Positions 56,101 to 64,000 of a stretch of 64,000 nt of DNA are shown here, one piece after another. Numbering within the stretch: the first letter of the stretch is position 1; every line of letters begins with the position of its first letter. A program made the position numbers and the translations under genes. The notes under the pieces were generated by a model. The model was given only the letters and a program-made list of their open reading frames with translations, had not been told where the DNA came from and did no database searches. The DNA comes from Rhynchopus sp. YZ270_cl-10 (lineage: Eukaryota), in assembly GCA_964035575.1 (NCBI GenBank), contig OZ037841.1, positions 1,116,001-1,180,000 of the forward strand. Direction: 5' to 3'.

Positions 56101-59100
56101 GCACTGCACCACAGACAAAGAAGTCAGACGCCAACATGCTGACCTGTGGTGCAACGTCTGCTGCCTGTTCTGCAGATGTGTGTTGCGATGCAACATGTGC
56201 CACAGTCACATGTCCAGCTGGTTTCGTTGACCTTGCCACAAAACTCACAGTGAAGTGTGGTCTTCCCTCAGGATGTTCGTCTGCCACCTGCTGCGAGGCT
56301 GTGTGTTCACACAGCTCAGTCATGTGTCCGACCGATCGTCTGCTGGTCACTTCTCCATCTTCTGTGAATTGCGGTGGTGACCCGACAAAGTGCACAGCAG
56401 ACGTGTGCTGCGACTACACATGCACGGGATACAACTGTCCTGTTGGACACACTGCTCAAATGGATCTTGCAGACATTCCGTGTGGGCTTACTGCAGGCAG
56501 CTGCACAGATGCGATGTGTTGCGATCCGAACTGCGCTCACAGCAGTGTGACATGCGGGACGAACTTGCAGAAGCGAACTGACGCGTCGTCTGTGGATTGC
56601 GATGGTGGCATGCTGTCTGGCTGCACAGAGGACAAATGCTGTCATCCATTGTGCTCTGGGTACACATGTGGCGTTGGGTTTGTGGACAAGCTGATGACAG
56701 GCTCCATTGCTTGCGAGAGTGGGACTTGCGATGACACCGTTTGCTGCGACGTGTTGTGCAGCAACCCTGGGGTGTCGTGTGGAGCACTGGACAACATGTA
56801 CGAGATGTTGACCTGCGGTGCCACTGTGGCCACATGCGACTTGCAGGTGTGCTGTCGGTCCACATGTGACATGTACACGTGTCCGTCAGGGTTCTCCAAG
56901 AATGGCGTCATCGGGATCGAATGTGGTGTGAACGCAAATGACTGCATACCTTCTCTCTGCTGCAACGAGATGTGCGACAGCGGGACTGTCGCATGCGGGA
57001 CAGGACACGAACTGAAGACGGACGCAGCAAACATCGAGTGCATTGGTGCCACCTGCACACCTACCACATGCTGTGACCCGATGTGCGCCACACACAGCTG
57101 CGCAGTACCTAGTGGGTTTGTGGACAAAGCTTCTCCTGCCACAATCCGTTGTGAGAACGGGTGTCATGATGAGTTGTGTTGTGACGTGCTGTGCAACAAC
57201 CCAACCTTCACCTGCACTGCACCACAGTTCAAGAAGTCAGACGCCAACATGCTGACCTGTGGTGCAACGTCTGCTGCCTGTTCTGCAGATGTGTGTTGCG
57301 ATGCAACATGTGCCGCAATTACATGTCCAGCTGGTTTCGTTGACCTTGCCACAAAACTCACAGTGAAGTGTGGCCTTCCGTCAGGGTGTTCGTCTGCCAC
57401 CTGCTGCGAGGCTGTGTGTTCACACAGCTCAGTCATGTGTCCGACTGATCGTCTGCTGGTCACTTCTCCATCTTCTGTGAATTGCGGTGGTGACCCGACA
57501 AAGTGCACAGCAGACGTGTGCTGCGACTACACATGTGCAGGATACAGCTGTCCTGTTGGACACACTGCTCAAATGGCTCTTGCAGACATTCGCTGTGGAC
57601 TTACTGCAGGCAGCTGCACAGATGCGATGTGTTGCGATCCGAACTGCGCTCACAGCAGTGTGACATGCGGGACGAACTTGCAGAAGCGGACTGACGCGTC
57701 GTCTGTGGATTGCGATGGTGGCATGCTGTCTGGCTGCACAGAGGACAAATGCTGTCATCCATTGTGCTCTGGGTACACATGTGGCGTTGGGTTTGTGGAC
57801 AAGCTGATGACAGGCTCCATTGCTTGCGAGAGTGGGACTTGCGATGACACCGTTTGCTGCGACGTGTTGTGCAGCAACCCTGGGGTGTCGTGTGGAGCAC
57901 TGGACAACATGTACGAGATGTTGACCTGCGGTGCCACTGTGGCCACATGCGACTTGCAGGTGTGCTGTCGGTCCACATGTGACATGTACACGTGTCCGTC
58001 TGGCTACTCCGATACTGGTGGCACAGGGATCGAATGTGGTGTGAACGCAAATGACTGCATACCTTCTCTCTGCTGCAACGAGATGTGCGACAGCGGGACT
58101 GTCGCATGCGGGACAGGACACGAACTGAAGACAGACGCAGCAACCATCGAGTGCATTGGTGCCACCTGCACACCTACCACATGCTGTGACCCGATGTGCT
58201 CAACACACAGCTGCGCAGTACCTAGTGGGTTTGTGGACAAAGCTTCTCCTGCCACAATCCGTTGTGAGAACGGGTGCGATGATGAGTTGTGCTGTGACGT
58301 GCTGTGCAACAACCCAACCTTCACCTGCACTGCACCACAGACAAAGAAGTCAGACGCCAACATGCTGACCTGTGGTGCAACGTCTGCTGCCTGTTCTGCA
58401 GATGTGTGTTGCGATGCAACATGTGCCGCAATTACATGTCCAGCTGGTTTCGTTGACCTTGCCACAAAACTCACAGTGAAGTGTGGTCTTCCGTCAGGAT
58501 GTTCAGCTAATACCTGCTGCGAGGCTGTGTGTTCACACAGCTCAGTCATGTGTCCGACCGATCGTCTGCTGGTCACTTCTCCATCTTCTGTGAAATGTGA
58601 TGGTGATGAGACGATGTGCACAGCAGACGTGTGCTGCGACTACACATGCACGGGATACAACTGTCCTGTTGGACACACTGCACAAATGGATCCCGCAGAC
58701 ATTCGCTGTGGACTTACTGCAGGCAGCTGCACAGATACACTTTGCTGTGTACTCGTCTCTACCACTGTGCCAGATACGCTAGTACCCGGTAGCACCGCAG
58801 TGCCGTTAACTCTGGTTCCTGGAAGCACTGCTGTTCCAACAGTTTCTCCTCCGACTATTGTACCAGGTGGGTCAGCTGCACCAACCGCAGTGCCGTTAAC
58901 TCTGGTTCCTGGAAGCACTGCTGTTACAACAGTTTCTCCTCCGACTATTGTACCAGGTGGGTCAGCTGCACCAACCGCAGTGCCGTTAACTTTGGTTCCT
59001 GGAAGCACTGCTGTTCCAACAGTTTCTCCTCCGACTATTGTACCAGGTGGGTCAGCTGCACCAACCGCAGTGCCGTTAACTCTGGTTCCTGGAAGCACTG

Positions 59101-62100
59101 CTATTCCAACAGTTTCTCCTCCGACTATTGTACCAGGTGGATCAGCTGCACCAACCGCAGTGCCGTTAACTTTGGTTCCTGGAAGCACTGCTGTTCCAAC
59201 AGTTTCTCCTCCGACTATTGTACCAGGTGGATCAGCTGCACCAACCGCAGTGCCGTTAACTTTGGTTCCTGGAAGCACTGCTGTTCCAACAGTTTCTCCT
59301 CCGACTATTGTACCAGGTGGATCAGCTGCACCAACCGCAGTGCCGTTAACTTTGGTTCCTGGAAGCACTGCTGTTCCAACAGTGTCTCCTCCGACTATTG
59401 TACCAGGTGGTTCAGCTGCACCAACCGCAGTGCCGTTAACTCTGGTTCCTGGAAGCACTGCTGTTCCAACAGTGTCTCCTCCGACTATTGTACCAGGTGG
59501 GTCAGCTGCACCAACCGCAGTGCCGTTAACTTTGGTTCCTGGAAGCACTGCTGTTCCAACAGTTTCTCCTCCGACTATTGTACCAGGTGGATCAGCTGCA
59601 CCAACCGCAGTGCCGTTAACTCTGGTTCCTGGAAGCACTGCTGTTCCAACAGTGTCTCCTCCGACTATTGTACCAGGTGGGTCAGCTGCACCAACCGCAG
59701 TGCCGTTAACTCTGGTTCCTGGAAGCACTGCTGTTCCAACAGTTTCTCCTCCGACTATTGTACCAGGTGGATCAGCTGCACCAACCGCAGTGCCGTTAAC
59801 TCTGGTTCCTGGAAGCACTGCTGTTCCAACAGTGTCTCCTCCGACTATTGTACCAGGTGGGTCAGCTGCACCAACCGCAGTGCCGTTAACTCTGGTTCCT
59901 GGAAGCACTGCTATTCCAACAGTTTCTCCTCCGACTATTGTACCAGGTGGGTCAGCTGCACCAACCGCAGTGCCGTTAACTCTGGTTCCTGGAAGCACTG
60001 CTGTTCCAACAGTTTCTCCTCCGACTATTGTACCAGGTGGGTCAGCTGCACCAACCGCAGTGCCGTTAACTTTGGTTCCTGGAAGCACTGCTGTTCCAAC
60101 AGTGTCTCCTCCGACTATTGTACCAGGTGGTTCAGCTGCACCAACCGCAGTGCCGTTAACTCTGGTTCCTGGAAGCACTGCTGTTCCAACAGTTTCTCCT
60201 CCGACTATTGTACCAGGTGGATCAGCTGCACCAACCGCAGTGCCGTTAACTCTGGTTCCTGGAAGCACTGCTGTTCCAACAGTGTCTCCTCCGACTATTG
60301 TACCAGGTGGGTCAGCTGCACCAACCGCAGTGCCGTTAACTCTGGTTCCTGGAAGCACTGCTGTTCCAACAGTTTCTCCTCCGACTATTGTACCAGGTAG
60401 CACCGTTGCTCCAACAGCAGCACCTGTGGGTGGGGTTGGTGACACCAGTGTGCCGCGTGTTGGTCGCACCTTGGCGCCTGCAGTGACATTTGCGCCACGT
60501 GCGAAGCCTACGCTACAGCCGAGCACTGCTGGGGAAACGGATGTACCCCCTGGGGCCGGTCGGACGGATGCACCGGGTATGACACAAACACCAGCTGCGG
60601 CACGCACAGTGTCACCGAGTGGCCAGCTGACGTTTACACCGGAGGACGTGCGGCGGAGGATGCTGACGTGGGCACCCCTGCCACCGGGCGAGACACGCTC
60701 TCCGTCCTCCCGCATGGTCAAGGTGCAGATCGAAGACAAAGTGGATACCGCACAGGTGCAAGACCCAGACGGTTCCGTGGTTGTGATCACCCTGCAAGCA
60801 GGCGTGACCATGCCGCCTGGTAAGATGAAGGTCCTCGTCAAATGGGACGGTGGCCAGGTGATGAACAGTCCGGAGGCACCTGTCGGCTGCGACGAAGGAG
60901 CCTGTCTTGTAATTGTATGTGCCCCTTGCACCTTGTTAGACGAGTTTGAATGTGAGGTGCATTCCTCTCAACGGCACTGTTGCCCATAATGGTGCAAACA
61001 ACAGTGAAGGTCAAGGAGACACAAACATATAGCAAAGGCTGTCTGATGGCAGCGTGCACTAAATCAACAGATTATCACCAACTTCACCATAAACTAACAC
61101 CCCATTATCCCATTTCGCAGGGCACGCTTCCCTTGGATGACACATACGGGCTGGCTGCGGCTGCAATGAGAAACCAAGATTTCGTGACTGCCGAGGTATC
61201 CCTTTCCCTTCCCTTTCTTTTACCTTAAATTCAAAAAAATGCAAAATAATCTGCCCAACAATTATACTATTTGTCAACGTTGCACAACATCCTGCACCTT
61301 CTCCACGTCAGGCCACAATAGCCTAGGCATACAAAGGCATGTCTGTGTTTGCGATAGGCTCACTCCGCTTTCACAACAAGGAGAACCGACAGCTTCCTTT
61401 TGTCACCTCTCTCCTGCACGCACATCCCACCGTCAGATGGTCCGCAGACGGAACACCTCTTCCCCAATGTTTTGATGAGCGGCCGTTCACTCTTTTTAAT
61501 CCCTTCAACCCCCCCACACTCCCCCCTTCAGGTCATCAACGACAAACTGGTTGTCACCTTCCAGGACAACGCATACCGGGCGTATCTTGCGAAGAGCGAG
61601 GATGTGTCCTTCACCTTAACTTATGATGCAAGCGAGATTGCTGGCTGCGAGGGGACGAGCGGTAACAGCGGGCGCAACCGTGCCGGAGAGGAGTGGCAGA
61701 TGGCATGCGGGTGTGGGGTCTGCAGCACGACCATCTCTGTGGACAGCGAGCCCAACGAGCTGCAGACACCGCCCCTGCAGAACGCTGCTTCGTACAGCAT
61801 CCTTGCGGCCTCCCTTGCTGCTGCGGCAGTCTCGCCTGCTACTGCGGGGGCCCTTGGGAAGCTCTCTATTATCACAACAATGTGCCCCGAAAAAGGCGTA
61901 AAAAACCTCGACCAAACAATCAACCCCCTCGGCCTCAGCCTTGGCGAAGGCAACAACGCCTTCATCAACGGTGCCCTCGTTGCCAGCATCATCATCCAAA
62001 CCTCGCTCCTGCTCATCAGCTTCGCCATCTCCTACTATATGTACCGCAAGCTCGACTACAAACGAATGAAGCACCGCGGCTTCAACACCGTCCTCCCCAC

Positions 62101-63604
62101 CGAAGAGGAAATGGTCCTTGAGGCTGAGTACTCCAAAAAGGGTACCAGAGTGATTCACACCGGGTTGAATAAGGAGGATGTGACGTATTTAGCGGCAAGG
62201 GGAAGGTTCGGGTGGATTTTGATTCCCGCAACCTTTTTATTTGCAGGGGCTGCGCTGTGCAGTGTGTCTGCGTTGATGTATTCTACACCGTTTTATAAAT
62301 TTATTGCGGCGTGCGATATTGTTGTCTTCATTTGTGGGCTTCTTGCGTATGCGACGATGGTGGCTCGCGATACTAAAAAACACTCAATTGTTGAAAATTT
62401 CGACGACCCAACTCGCCCTTGGTACTACAAAATGCTCTGGGGCTGGGCAGAGTGGCGCACCAACCGCGGCCGTGGCCACGGCGCTTGGGTAGAACTGAAC
62501 CACCTTCTCTATGACGGCTACATACACTCTTGCAGGTACTTCCTCACATACGAGCTTCTCATTACCTTTGGCATTGGCGCGGTGGGGGCGTGGTCGCCGC
62601 AAACCTTCGAAGCCTGTTGGATCAAAAGCAGCCTCACCATTGCGCTGTTGGTGGTCTTCCTGCTCTCCCTGCTTCTCCTCCGGCCGTACCTCGCGCCTTA
62701 TGAAAACGTTCTCGAAACCGCCATAGCCGCAGCCGAAGTAGCCATCGCCTCCCTCCTCCTCGTCGCCATGGGGCAGGACAACCCAAACGGCCACTGGTCT
62801 GCAGGGGTTGCCTACCAGGTTACCTTTGCTACGGTGTGGTTGGTAACTGGAAAGGCGATGATGGATATGACAGTCTTCCTCATCGACGAACACGGCCTAT
62901 GGAAGGAAACCCAGGCAGAACTGGAGCCCAAAAAACGGCGGATTTTTGTTGCCCATTTGCTGTGCTGTGGGAACAACATCCCTGGGGAAGGGATGAACGA
63001 CTATGTTGTGCGCTACGAAGACAGCACTGAGAACGTCTCCAACAAATCTGACGATGCCAGCGTCTACAGCCTCTACAATGATGAGAGAGACGGCGAATCC
63101 CCTGAAGAGGTCCTTGGGTTGACCACCACCGAGTTGCCACGACCCCCAAGACGGAGGCACAGTCGGCAGATGAGTTGCTCTTCTTTTACTCAAGAGTTGG
63201 ATGAAAAGAAGTTGCCGTTGTCGCCAGAAAACGGTTCAAATTTGAGTATGTACGCCGCTCCGTTGCCTCCAGCCCGTGCAGGCACCTTAGGATCAAGCGA
63301 TTTGGAGAAAACACTGGAGAAGACTTTGAATGACAGTGCAAAGAAATTGAATCATCAGCAAAGTGCGTTCGGGCGTGGTCGGATGGGGGGTGGGAGGCGT
63401 ATGTCGCAATTCAGCGCAGCCAGCTCGCATGGTGGGTCAAATCAACATAAAGTACCCCTCGGGGTGACCACCTCTTCTGGGTACGATATGAGCGATATTC
63501 GCAGTGGCACCGCAGCCCCCTCACCTCCATCACGGCAACGACGCTTCTCCACAGCAAGCGTCGAAATGCTTGACCTAGGGAGCGACGAGCATATGGCGGT
63601 GTAA
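47154..63604 (+). CDS. Giant cysteine-rich multi-pass surface protein (~5,316 aa); predicted exons 47154-60956, 61121-61195, 61532-63604
   Basis: Signal peptide, ~3,800 aa of CC-containing repeats, Pro/Thr mucin-like stalk, then a multi-TM domain and cytosolic tail. Two phase-0 GT-AG introns join three ORFs (GAG|GTGCAT...ACTAAC...TCGCAG; GAG|GTATCC...CTTCAG). Confidence 0.8.
48505..58748 (+). repeat. Intragenic higher-order tandem repeat, ~1113-bp (371-aa) unit, ~9 copies
   Basis: The marker E(M/Y)C.SG.V.CGTGHELK recurs near 50289, 51399, 52512, 53625, 54738, 55854, 56967 and 58080, with a degenerate copy near 48505. Confidence 0.9.
58794..60398 (+). repeat. 90-bp coding minisatellite, ~18 copies (TAVPLTLVPGSTAVPTVSPPTIVPGGSAAP)
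   Basis: Exact 90-nt period with a few mostly synonymous variants. Confidence 0.97.
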
Positions 63605-64000
63605 TAGAGGATTTTTTTATGGAATGCGGTTTTTACTCGTCCCTTCTCTGCAAAAATAGCAACTCTCATTGAAAACTGGCAACACCTTTTGTTGTCTATA
63701 CCATTAAAAAGTTTTAGAATGCGGTACCCTGAAGCATTGGTGGGTAGGGGTGTGTGTATGGATGTGATTGTTTTAGATGTGGGATACACAGTGCATGATG
63801 TTCATTTTCAACTTTCTTTTTTTTTTTGTGCGATCTATTTTGCCAGTACATTTTTCTTCTTTGAAAAGAGGAAAATAAAAAATGGTTTTTTTTTTTGTTA
63901 ATTTCTGTCGGGGTTTTCTCAGTTGGGGAGGGGGGGTTTTTTTTTTAGGGGAGGGTTAACTGCCAGGGCACTAGCTAGACTTTTTTTTTTCCGTTTTTTT

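Noticed and set aside
58794..60398. Possible CRISPR-like array
   Set aside because: No unique spacers; it is an in-frame coding tandem repeat in a eukaryotic gene.
58640..60931. 763-aa minus-strand ORF
   Set aside because: Antisense shadow of the stop-free 90-bp coding minisatellite.
1..64000. tRNA, rRNA or spliced-leader RNA genes
   Set aside because: None recognised by eye; tRNAscan-SE and Infernal would be needed to exclude them.

Overview
Eukaryotic protist DNA. All ~18 credible protein-coding genes are on the + strand, most are intronless, and a few carry GT-AG introns. Co-oriented genes, pyrimidine-rich leaders and the gene families suggest a euglenozoan, probably a diplonemid (inference). 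Genes in order: FkbM methyltransferase, Ubl/TPR protein, secreted beta-helix enzyme, small membrane protein, beta-propeller protein, Tcp11-domain protein, F-box/WD40 protein, three tandem spliced amidinotransferases, polyQ protein, 5x zinc-finger protein, Ubl/LRR protein, Kelch protein, spliced bacterial-type cyclophilin, membrane protein, EMG1/NEP1, and a spliced ~5,316-aa Cys-rich/mucin/multi-TM surface protein. The most striking non-genic feature is a ~1.29-kb fold-back element present at two loci. It has ~596-bp inverted arms, a 95-bp spacer, ATAT flanks, an inward-reading ORF in each arm and a sign of arm-to-arm homogenisation. A cluster of distinct TIR and hairpin mini-elements lies at 42.0-45.5 kb. 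The amidinotransferase copies are homogenised over an mRNA-like footprint while their intron cores have diverged. All family assignments come from motif recognition by eye; no searches were run.
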